64,000 bases of DNA from Hyphomicrobiaceae bacterium (GTDB lineage: Bacteria > Pseudomonadota > Alphaproteobacteria > Rhizobiales > Hyphomicrobiaceae), in contig CBDCWE010000003.1 of NCBI GenBank assembly GCA_965223355.1, positions 4,833,804 through 4,897,803 on the forward strand, read 5' to 3'. The position numbers and the translations under genes are program-made. Of the stretch, positions 37,200 through 45,432 are shown in pieces (the first letter of the stretch is position 1; every line of letters starts with the position of its first letter). Under the pieces are notes generated by a model. The model searched no databases, was not told the origin of the DNA, and worked only from the letters and a program-made list of their open reading frames with translations.

Positions 37200-37354
37200 C
37201 GCCGCCTTCGTCCGTTGCTGACCAATCCAATGCCCCGCCGCAAAGGGCGCGGACCAGCGACGACGCTGTCTTGATGTGCGATCATCTTGGTCGAGCCGGG
37301 GTGACTGTTGGTGGTATCATCGCCGTCGGCGCCGTCACTGCCGGAGTGGGTCAT
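37196..37354 (-). CDS. hidden 52-aa ORF (acidic N-terminus, Arg-rich C-terminus), translationally coupled on both sides
   Basis: Not in the ORF track because it is under 60 aa. Its ATG overlaps the stop of the upstream gene (ATGA) and its TGA overlaps the PP2C ATG (ATGA). AGGAGA lies 7 nt upstream, and third codon positions are mostly G/C. Peptide: MTHSGSDGADGDDTTNSHPGSTKMIAHQDSVVAGPRPLRRGIGLVSNGRRRR. Confidence 0.5.
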   Translation of the reverse strand: MTHSGSDGADGDDTTNSHPGSTKMIAHQDSVVAGPRPLRRGIGLVSNGRRRR

Positions 37355-38022
37355 AGCGCGTCTCCTGCCGATCCAGGCTCAACCACCGTCACACCGCTTG
37401 CACCGGATGGCGCTGCCATCAAACTATCCCTCGCCCAGGCCCGGACGCGATTGAAGGTTCTGGGGTCGATTGCCGCCTGCACGTCGCAGACGCAGGCGCG
37501 ACGAATTTCGTTGCAGCGCACGGCAATTGCATCGCCCGTGTCGGCAGCCGTCGATGCTTGGATGTTGGCAAGGACATCGTCGGCATCGACGAGATGGTCG
37601 AGGATTGGCTGGCGATGGCCCGTGCAGGCCGCTTGTTTATGGGCGCCATCACAGGGGCCGCACCGGTTCGGGAAATGGAGCCGGGCCGCATTGATCTGGG
37701 CGCCGAGGCGCGCGCGGATGCGCACAAAGTCCAGGAACTGCAAGGGCTGCAACTGGGCGCGGGCCTGGGTTGTCAGATGTTCTAGAACTTCGGCCGTCAG
37801 CGCAATGCAGGTTTGCGACCACGCAATGATATGATCCGCGTGATGGAGACGCAGCTGCCGGCGGTTGAGGCGCTGTTGACGCGACAACACCCGGAGCGCC
37901 AGCAACAGCGCGGCAAGCGACAGGATGGCGGCAATGGCCGGGCTGATGGCGGCCGGCACCTCGACCTTGGCGACGTTGTCCAGGGCAGCAATGATCACAG
38001 AAAAAATGTCAAGCCAGTCCAT
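37351..38022 (-). CDS. hypothetical membrane-anchored Cys-rich protein (no family recognised)
   Basis: 223-aa ORF with an N-terminal hydrophobic region (two helices). The soluble part has seven Cys, including CGPCDGAHKQAACTGH and CNEIRRACVC. First gene of the PP2C trio. Confidence 0.6.
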   Translation of the reverse strand: MDWLDIFSVIIAALDNVAKVEVPAAISPAIAAILSLAALLLALRVLSRQQRLNRRQLRLHHADHIIAWSQTCIALTAEVLEHLTTQARAQLQPLQFLDFVRIRARLGAQINAARLHFPNRCGPCDGAHKQAACTGHRQPILDHLVDADDVLANIQASTAADTGDAIAVRCNEIRRACVCDVQAAIDPRTFNRVRAWARDSLMAAPSGASGVTVVEPGSAGDAL

Positions 38023-38056
38023 GCCGCGCTGTCATGTCCTCAAAAGAATCACTACC

Positions 38057-38140
38057 GCAACCTGCCGTTCTTCGGCATCGTCACAATCCCGAACTCAAGG
38101 CAGAAAGTTGTGCGATTCTGAAGCGGCGATCATGTCCGCC
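38057..38140 (+). repeat. A-type element, divergent/truncated copy
   Basis: GCAACCTGCCGTTCTTCGGCATCGTCACAATCCCGAACTCAAGGCAGAAAGTTGTGCG...GCGGCGATCATG aligns with the A consensus. Its orientation is opposite to A3. Confidence 0.55.
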
Positions 38141-38249
38141 TAAGGCGGGTCCATCGCGCCGGCCCGCTAACCCTGAAACGCAACAGACATCGCAACAGCG
38201 CCATAGCGATGCGGCAGTTTGATGGCGCCGATCGAGACGAGTTGCACCA

Positions 38250-39695
38250 TCAACTGCGCCAAAACTCCGGGCGCAACAGCACCAGGACGGTGAAGAGTTC
38301 GAGCCGACCAAGCAACATTGCAAACGCAAGCACCCATTTCGCGGTCGCCGGCAGCGCCGAATAGTTACCGGCCGGCCCGATGATGTCGCCAAGTCCCGGG
38401 CCGACGTTGCCGACCGCGCTGGTGGCCGCCGACAACGACGTCGTCAGGTCGAGATCCAGGGCCGAAAGGATGACCGTAAACACACCGACCGTCGTCATAT
38501 AGATGGCCAGAAAGGCGACCACCGAGAACGGCACGTCGTCCGGCAGGCGACGACGATTATAGGTCAGCGTGACGACCCGGTTGGGACTGATAAGGTGCAG
38601 GAAGTGGCTGCGCGACAGCATGCCGGCAACCTGCAGGCGATAGATCTTGATACCGCCGCATGTTGAACCCGAACAGCCACCGACGAACATCAACAAAAAG
38701 AACAGACCCGTCGCAAACGGCCCCCAACTCGTATAGTCGCCAGCGGAGTACCCGGTTGTCGTCACGATCGAGGTGATGTTGAACGTCGCCATCCGAAACG
38801 CCTCGCCCAACGGCAGGTTGCGGGCCGCCGACAGCCACAACGACACAGCAATGCAGATGGTGACCAGGAAAAACGCAAAGCCGCGCACCTGAGCATCGCG
38901 CCACAGCGCCGCCGGCTCGCCGCGCAACATGCGAATGAAGACAACAAACGGCAGGGCGCCGAGAATCATGAACACGATGCACACCCATTGCAGCGCCGGT
39001 GAGGCAAAGAATCCGAAACTCTTGTCATGGGTGGAAAAGCCCGCCGTCGATACCGTCGTCAGGGCATGGCTGATGGCATCGAAGGCGGTCATGCCGAACG
39101 CCAGGTAGGCGCCGGTGCACAGGATGATGAGGCCGGCATAAATGCCAGCCGTCGCGGTGACCAGCTCCAATGCGCGCGGCAGCACCTTTTCGGAACGGTC
39201 CGAACTTTCGGTCTGGAACAGCTGCATGCCGCCAACGCGCAGAAACGGCAGCATGATCAGCGCCGTGACGACGATGCCAAGACCACCGAGCCCCTGCAGC
39301 AGCGAACGCCATAACAAAATACCGCGCGGTAACAAGTCGAGCTTCACCAAAACAGTTGAGCCGGTGGTCGTGAGGCCCGACATCGATTCGAAAAACGCAT
39401 CGGTATAGGGCAGGCCCAGCCCCACGAACGGTATGGCCGCAAAGGCTGCCACGAACACCCACGTCACCGTGGTCAGAACGAAACCTTCCTTGAGGCCGAG
39501 TTGCATCGGCTTGTCATTGTAGGCCACCAACAACATCAGGCCGCCGATGAAGAACGTAAACACCGACGAGGCGAGAAACACGCGCCAGCCCGGCTGACCA
39601 TCGGCAATGTCGACGATTGCAGGCAGAACCATCGCCGCTGCGATCGCACACAGCACGAGCCCAAGCGTCAGCACAATTGGTCGGATCTGAACCAC
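38250..39695 (-). CDS. trkH: TrkH-family potassium uptake protein
   Basis: 481-aa polytopic protein with repeated TGS/TAG/TTG(F/Y)S selectivity-filter-like motifs (TTGSTV, STAGFST, VTTTGYS). Confidence 0.85.
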   Translation of the reverse strand: MVQIRPIVLTLGLVLCAIAAAMVLPAIVDIADGQPGWRVFLASSVFTFFIGGLMLLVAYNDKPMQLGLKEGFVLTTVTWVFVAAFAAIPFVGLGLPYTDAFFESMSGLTTTGSTVLVKLDLLPRGILLWRSLLQGLGGLGIVVTALIMLPFLRVGGMQLFQTESSDRSEKVLPRALELVTATAGIYAGLIILCTGAYLAFGMTAFDAISHALTTVSTAGFSTHDKSFGFFASPALQWVCIVFMILGALPFVVFIRMLRGEPAALWRDAQVRGFAFFLVTICIAVSLWLSAARNLPLGEAFRMATFNITSIVTTTGYSAGDYTSWGPFATGLFFLLMFVGGCSGSTCGGIKIYRLQVAGMLSRSHFLHLISPNRVVTLTYNRRRLPDDVPFSVVAFLAIYMTTVGVFTVILSALDLDLTTSLSAATSAVGNVGPGLGDIIGPAGNYSALPATAKWVLAFAMLLGRLELFTVLVLLRPEFWRS

Positions 39696-40025
39696 GGGGT
39701 GCTCGAGGGTGTTCCTGTTGTCGAGGGACGCTGTACGATCGTCTACCCGCCCCTATATCGCAAGGCGCGCGGCAACTGCTGCAACGCGGACAAAAGTGGT
39801 GAATGCAACGCGACTCTGAGTCACCTGGATCACAACATAGCTCGATTAACACACTGTAAACTATGTTTTTTCTCCCGCAACACGAGCCCTTTCGACGTCG
39901 CGTCCCTTGGACGCATTTGTCCGCACGCCGGCGATCGTCGAGTTGCATCGCGAAGTGCACCGGTTGAAGATGGCGTGTTCGATTGTCGTTGCCGTTGTGG
40001 CCTTGCATCAGTCCGGGGAGCTGCC

Positions 40026-41132
40026 ATGAAAATCACCGATCTACGCGTCGTGCAATACCGCCGTCCCGCCAGCGCTGGCGGCACCGATTACAGTGCAGAG
40101 ATCCAGATTGTCGAAATCGAGACAAGTTCGGGTCTCACCGGGGTTGGATTTGCAAGTGCACCTTCGAAGACCGGCGCGATCATCACGCAGATGATCAACG
40201 GGCTCCTGAAACCCAAGCTGATGGGCCAAAACCCGCATTTAACAGACGCGATCTGGCAGTCGCTCTACTGGGATGCGGCGCCGCGGCGCGGCGGTGACGG
40301 GTTGATGCGAGTGGCAATCGCAGCCGTCGACTTTGCGTTGTGGGATCTCAAGGGCAAGGCCGCCGGTGTGCCGGTTGCACAACTCCTCGGCCACACCCGT
40401 GACGAGATCGCGACCTATGCCAATTGCGCCCATCACATGGCGCCGGAAGAGCTTGCCCAACGTGCTGGTGGTTATGTCGCCGCCGGCCACAAAGCCCTGA
40501 AGATCCGCGGCTCGCGCACATTCGTGACACTGGCAGAGGCCACGGATCGGGTCCGGCACGTGCGCGCTGCGATCGGCGATGATGTGCGCCTGATGGTCGA
40601 CGTCAACGGCACCTGGGATGTCGATACCGCGGTCCAGCAGCTCAAAGCATGGGAGCCCTACAATGTTTACTGGCTCGAAGAGCCGGTGCCGCCGAGCGAT
40701 ATCGCCGGTTACGCCCGCGTTCGGGCACGGGCCGGCAACACCTACATCGTCGGCGGCGAACAAAATGTCGGATTGACCGAATTTGATGCCCTGATCAATA
40801 CCGGGGTCGATATCGTGCAACCGAATGCCATGGTCGCCGGCGGCATTACGCCCTGGCTCGCGATCCATGGCCTCGCCACCGCCAGAAGCGTGCCCGTCAG
40901 TCCGTGGAACCTGCAGCTCGTCCATCTGCACATGGCCGCCGGCCTCGCCAACGTTCAGTGGATCGAATACTTCATGGCCGACAACGCCCTGCTTGCCTTC
41001 CAGGGTGAATTGTTCGCCAACACGATAGAAGAAACCGTCCGTGCTGACGGCATCTATCTCAAGGCACCAACCGCGCCCGGTCTCGGTCTGATGCTCAACG
41101 CGGATTTCGCCGCAACGTGCCGGGTATCGTGA
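40026..41132 (+). CDS. enolase-superfamily enzyme (mandelate racemase / muconate lactonizing family)
   Basis: Internal ATG at 40026 (MKITDLRVV). Has ALKIRGS and the metal-ligand contexts MVDVNG, WLEEP and GGEQ. The upstream 175 codons of the ORF run antisense to trkH. Confidence 0.8.
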   Translation: MKITDLRVVQYRRPASAGGTDYSAEIQIVEIETSSGLTGVGFASAPSKTGAIITQMINGLLKPKLMGQNPHLTDAIWQSLYWDAAPRRGGDGLMRVAIAAVDFALWDLKGKAAGVPVAQLLGHTRDEIATYANCAHHMAPEELAQRAGGYVAAGHKALKIRGSRTFVTLAEATDRVRHVRAAIGDDVRLMVDVNGTWDVDTAVQQLKAWEPYNVYWLEEPVPPSDIAGYARVRARAGNTYIVGGEQNVGLTEFDALINTGVDIVQPNAMVAGGITPWLAIHGLATARSVPVSPWNLQLVHLHMAAGLANVQWIEYFMADNALLAFQGELFANTIEETVRADGIYLKAPTAPGLGLMLNADFAATCRVS

Positions 41133-41204
41133 TCCACGCCGTGAACGTCGTTGCGGAGCCGTTGCGGGGACATCGAGACGACAGCTGCGACACCGAGGAT
41201 GACC

Positions 41205-43247
41205 ATGCCGACACGATCGAACGATCCGCTGCTGCAGCCGTTCCGCCTCAAACACCTCGAGCTGCGCAACCGCATTATGAGCACCAGCCATGCCTGCGGC
41301 CTCGAAGACGGCGGCATGCCGCGCGATCGCTATCAGGCCTATTACGAAGAAAAAGCCAAGGGCGGCATCGGGCTGGCGATGTTTGGCGGCTCCTCCAACG
41401 TCGCAATCGACTCGCCGTCCGTGTTCCAGCAGCTCAACGTCGGCGTCGACGAGGTCATTCCGCATTTGCAGAAACTGTCGGCGCGCGTGCACGCCCATGG
41501 CGCCGCGCTGATGTGCCAGATCACGCACCTCGGCCGCCGCGGCGAAAGCAACAAGGGCGCATTTCTGCCGACCATCGCCCCGTCCGTCGTTCGCGAAACG
41601 CTGCACCGCAGCATCCCTAAGGAAATGGAGGCGCATGACTTCGCACGCGTTCGCCAGGCCTTTGCGGCGGCGGCCAAGCGCTGCCGGGACGGTGGACTGG
41701 ACGGCATCGAAACGCTGTCCGGTGCGCATCTGATCGGCCAGTTCCTGTCGCCGGCAACCAACCGGCGCACGGACCGGTATGGCGGCTCGCTGGCAAACCG
41801 TTGCCGCTTCGGCCTCGAAGTCTTCGAAGCCATCCGCAAGGCGGTGGGCGATGACTTTCTGGTCGGCTTTCGTTTCATCGTTGATGAAGGCCACGATGCC
41901 GGGCTCAACTTCGAAGACTGCGTGGCGATTGCCAAGATCTTCCAGTCATCCGGCATGGTCGACTTCTTCAATGCCATCTATGGGCGCATGGACACCCAGA
42001 TCAGCCTCGCGGTCGACAACATGCCGGGCATGTCGATGCCGATCGCCCCGTGGCTCGAAAAGGCCGGCCGGTTTCGCCAGGAGGTATCGCTGCCGGTCTT
42101 TCATGCCGCACGCATCACTGATATCGCAACGGCGCGGCACGCCATTCGCGACGGTCTTCTCGATCTCGTCGGCATGACGCGGGCGCAGATTGCCGACCCC
42201 TATCTCGTCCACAAACTCGCCGCCGGCGAAGAGCACCGGATCCGGCCGTGTGTCGGGGCAACGCAGTGCATGAGCGAACTGCGCCCGACCTGTCTGCACA
42301 ATCCGGCAACCGGTCACGAAGCCGTTCTCAACCAGCAGATTGCACCGGCCGACAGCAAACGCCGGGTGATTATCGTCGGCGCCGGGCCGGCCGGCCTCGA
42401 AGCGGCGCGGGTGTGTGGCGAACGCGGCCACGACGTGGTGCTGTTCGAAGCTGCCGACAAACCCGGCGGGCAAGTGCTGCTGGCGGCCGAAGCCGGTTGG
42501 CGCCGCGACATCATCGGGATTGTCGATTGGCGGGTTGGCGAGGCTCGGCGGCTCGGCGTCGATCTGAGAACAAACACGCTTGCCGAAGCCGAAGATGTCG
42601 TGCGGCAAAATCCCGAGCTGGTGATTATCGCCAGCGGCGGTGTGCCAAATCTCGACTGGCTGGCGGGCCATGAACACATCACCAGCAGCTGGGATATTCT
42701 GAGCGGCACGGTGGCGCCGGCCGACGACATCCTGGTTGTCGACGGTACGGGCCGGCATGCCGCCCTCAGTGCGGCCGAATACTGCCACCGCAAGGGCGCC
42801 AGGGTCCGGTTCGTCACGATCGATGAAACGCTGGCGGCCGAGCAGGCCTATGCGGAGCGCGTCGTGTGGCGCAAGTGGGCGCGCGAGACCGGGCTGGCGG
42901 TCGGCTATGAAGAACAACTGCGTGGTGTCGCGCCCGACGGCAACCGGCTGAGCGCCACCCTGGAGAACGAACTGACCGGCGCAATCACGACAATTGCCGC
43001 CGATCAGGTGGTGTTCGAATACGGCACGACGCCGGCGGCCAATGTGTTCTTCGATTTGCAGACCCGATCGATCAACGGCGGCGTAACCGACCTCGAAGCC
43101 ATGGCCGCCGGCTTCGGACAGGCGACCGGCGCTGCGACACAGTCAGCGGATGGCGCGTTCGAGTTGCATCGCATTGGCGATGCCGTGTCGAGCCGCAACA
43201 TCCACGCCGCGGTCCTCGATGCGTTGCGGCTCTGTCAGCATTGCTGA
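41205..43247 (+). CDS. two-domain NADH:flavin oxidoreductase (OYE-like TIM barrel + FAD/NAD(P) domain; StcD/2,4-dienoyl-CoA-reductase-like)
   Basis: DPLLQPFRLKHLELRNRIMSTSH at the N-terminus and a C-terminal dinucleotide fold VIIVGAGPAGLEAA. The start could also be at 41199. Confidence 0.75.
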   Translation: MPTRSNDPLLQPFRLKHLELRNRIMSTSHACGLEDGGMPRDRYQAYYEEKAKGGIGLAMFGGSSNVAIDSPSVFQQLNVGVDEVIPHLQKLSARVHAHGAALMCQITHLGRRGESNKGAFLPTIAPSVVRETLHRSIPKEMEAHDFARVRQAFAAAAKRCRDGGLDGIETLSGAHLIGQFLSPATNRRTDRYGGSLANRCRFGLEVFEAIRKAVGDDFLVGFRFIVDEGHDAGLNFEDCVAIAKIFQSSGMVDFFNAIYGRMDTQISLAVDNMPGMSMPIAPWLEKAGRFRQEVSLPVFHAARITDIATARHAIRDGLLDLVGMTRAQIADPYLVHKLAAGEEHRIRPCVGATQCMSELRPTCLHNPATGHEAVLNQQIAPADSKRRVIIVGAGPAGLEAARVCGERGHDVVLFEAADKPGGQVLLAAEAGWRRDIIGIVDWRVGEARRLGVDLRTNTLAEAEDVVRQNPELVIIASGGVPNLDWLAGHEHITSSWDILSGTVAPADDILVVDGTGRHAALSAAEYCHRKGARVRFVTIDETLAAEQAYAERVVWRKWARETGLAVGYEEQLRGVAPDGNRLSATLENELTGAITTIAADQVVFEYGTTPAANVFFDLQTRSINGGVTDLEAMAAGFGQATGAATQSADGAFELHRIGDAVSSRNIHAAVLDALRLCQHC

Positions 43248-43363
43248 GGGCCGGGCCGCAAAACCGAACTGGATGGGCCCCAAGCTAAGGTTTACTGACA
43301 CCATGCTGTCAGGAGCTTGCCCTTAGACTGCACCGCGTTGTCAGCAAACAGGCGGACTTGTCT

Positions 43364-44005
43364 ATGCACGATCTCATGCACTACCTCCCGGCAATTCTTC
43401 TTGCCCACACGGCCTTCCTTCTATCGATCCTGAGCCCCGGCCCCAACATTCTTGCGATCATGGGCACATCGATGAGCATCGGTCGGCAAAGTGGGCTTGC
43501 ACTTGCCTGCGGCGTTGCAACGGGCTCATGGGTGTGGGCGCTGCTGACGGCAATCGGACTGACGGCGCTGGTCACCTCGGTTGCGTTTGCGTTAGTCGCG
43601 ATCAAGATCGTCGGCGGGCTCTATCTCCTGTGGTTGGCCTACAAGGCCTGCCGTGCAGCCATGTCGGACCAAGATCTGAACGCCGAGGCGTTGCCCGGCG
43701 ACATCCTGTCGGCAACGGGTTACTTCCGGCGTGGCCTGACAATCCAGCTGACCAACCCGAAAGCGGCCTTGGCCTGGATCGCCATCATGTCTCTCGGCGT
43801 CGGCACGCAATCACCGTGGTGGGTTGCGGCCATAATCGTTGTCGGCACAACAACATTGTCTTTTGCGATTCACGCACTTTATGCCGTCGCCTTTTCAACC
43901 AACCCGATGGTTCGCCTCTACGGCCACTGTCGGCGCTATGTCCAATGTGCGCTGGGCGCCTTCTTCGCCTATGCCGGCTTCCGGCTTCTCACAAGTCGAA
44001 CCTGA
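43364..44005 (+). CDS. LysE/RhtB-family amino-acid exporter
   Basis: SPGPN motif near the N-terminus and about six TM segments. The ATG at 43364 is preferred over the TTG at 43358. Confidence 0.8.
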   Translation: MHDLMHYLPAILLAHTAFLLSILSPGPNILAIMGTSMSIGRQSGLALACGVATGSWVWALLTAIGLTALVTSVAFALVAIKIVGGLYLLWLAYKACRAAMSDQDLNAEALPGDILSATGYFRRGLTIQLTNPKAALAWIAIMSLGVGTQSPWWVAAIIVVGTTTLSFAIHALYAVAFSTNPMVRLYGHCRRYVQCALGAFFAYAGFRLLTSRT

Positions 44006-44012
44006 GCACGCA

Positions 44013-44744
44013 ATGCGCCTGGTCGCCTGGAACTGCAACATGGCGCTGCATCGCAAGTTCGAGGCGCTGCTCGATCTCGCGCCCGACATCGCGATCGTCA
44101 GCGAGACAGCCAATCCAGCCATTCTCGCTGAGCGCTCGCCCAATAAGTGGTTCAAACACGATCCGGTCTGGATGGGCGACAATCCGCACAAGGGCCTCGG
44201 CATTTTTGCGTTCGGGGACTACTGGCTGTCGCCCGCCTTCAAGGCCGGCAAACGTCAACGCTACATCGCACCGGTCGCGGTGGGTGGACCGGCGGCATTT
44301 AATCTGTTGGGCGTCTGGGCGCAAAACGCGAGCGCGGGGATCACCCGCAAACATCAACCCGGGCCGCTGCGCATTGCGCTCAACCGTTACAAAGACTTTC
44401 TGGCAGAACGCGACAGCGTCGTTGCCGGTGACTGGAACAGCAACGCAATATGGGACAAACCCGGCTGGCGCATCAACCACATGGCCAAGGTGCGCGCGCT
44501 CGAAGCTCTCGGGCTGACGAGCATCTACCACGAGCGCTACGGCGAGGCGCACGGCGCAGAATCAATTCCGACACATTATTGGCGCGATCGACGCGAAGAC
44601 GGGCCCACCTACCATATCGATTTTGCCTTCATACCGCGAACCTGGCTGCCGCGCGTGAAACACTGCAACGTCGGCGCGTTCGCCGATTGGTGCGGCAACC
44701 GCCTGAGCGATCACGTGCCGATCGTGGTCGAGGTCGATCTCTAG
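44013..44744 (+). CDS. endonuclease/exonuclease/phosphatase (EEP) family protein
   Basis: Internal ATG at 44013 (MRLVAWNCN). Has IAIVSE, AGDWNS and a C-terminal SDHVP. Its TAG stop lies in the CTAG of repeat A4. Confidence 0.7.
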   Translation: MRLVAWNCNMALHRKFEALLDLAPDIAIVSETANPAILAERSPNKWFKHDPVWMGDNPHKGLGIFAFGDYWLSPAFKAGKRQRYIAPVAVGGPAAFNLLGVWAQNASAGITRKHQPGPLRIALNRYKDFLAERDSVVAGDWNSNAIWDKPGWRINHMAKVRALEALGLTSIYHERYGEAHGAESIPTHYWRDRREDGPTYHIDFAFIPRTWLPRVKHCNVGAFADWCGNRLSDHVPIVVEVDL

Positions 44745-44879
44745 AGCAACCTGCCTTTATTCGGAATCGGAACGATCCTGAATAAAGGCAGAAAGTTGCT
44801 CGCCTCTAAAGTGGCGATCATCTTTGTGCTTTAAGTTGGAACCGCAATAGCGGTTCCAACTTAAAGCACGATGATCTAG
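44741..44879 (+). repeat. A-type double-hairpin element, copy A4
   Basis: Differs from A2 at only a few positions by eye and is bounded by CTAG at both ends. Confidence 0.9.
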
Positions 44880-45432
44880 GCAACGGTTGTCGGCAACGCC
44901 AGTCGATCTCGGCGCCGCTGCCGCCATCATGCATAGATGCACAACAAGCATAACCTATCGCGGTTTGACAGCGATCCAAGCGGAGCGGTCGGCGCTGCCA
45001 CCCCGACCAGGCGATCGCCCCGGACCCGGGACGTGCTCGATTCGGAAATGGCGATCATCGTGCCCGAGTTCATTTCGGCCGCGGGCAGGGTGACCGTTCT
45101 GGCCCACTGCCGCGCCCAGCCGCAACGGACGGCAAGATCGTTGCCAACCGGCACAACGGCGGTTGCTCACGCCGTCAACGATGGCTGCTAACATGGCGCC
45201 TGGAACTGCGCTGCAAAGCCAAAAAACCCAGGCGACATGCCGTCTTAGGCAATAATCTCGGCGCCCGGTCCCGGCAAATTTTCACATGATTGAACAAACC
45301 CACTCGACGAATACGGTCATGCGACGCTAGACTATAGTTGTGCACGATCCGTACGTTCGCCTGAAGCGCGGGCGAACGCGAGCTACAACTATGCACATAA
45401 CAAACCGAAAAACACGTGGGAGGAATCCAACC

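Noticed and set aside
39501-40025. 175-codon N-terminal extension of the enolase-superfamily ORF
   Set aside because: It overlaps trkH in antisense and is Arg/His-rich. A canonical MKITDLRVV start typical of the family occurs at 40026. For the same reason, the N-terminal extensions of ORFs 20238..21083, 43839..44744, 49391..50446, 53100..54539, 32874..34013 and 31445..32920 were trimmed.
40239-41894. 551-aa ORF antisense to the enolase-superfamily and flavoprotein genes
   Set aside because: It spans two well-supported plus-strand genes and their spacer. Its composition is low-complexity and Arg/Ala/Gly-rich, so it is a shadow ORF.
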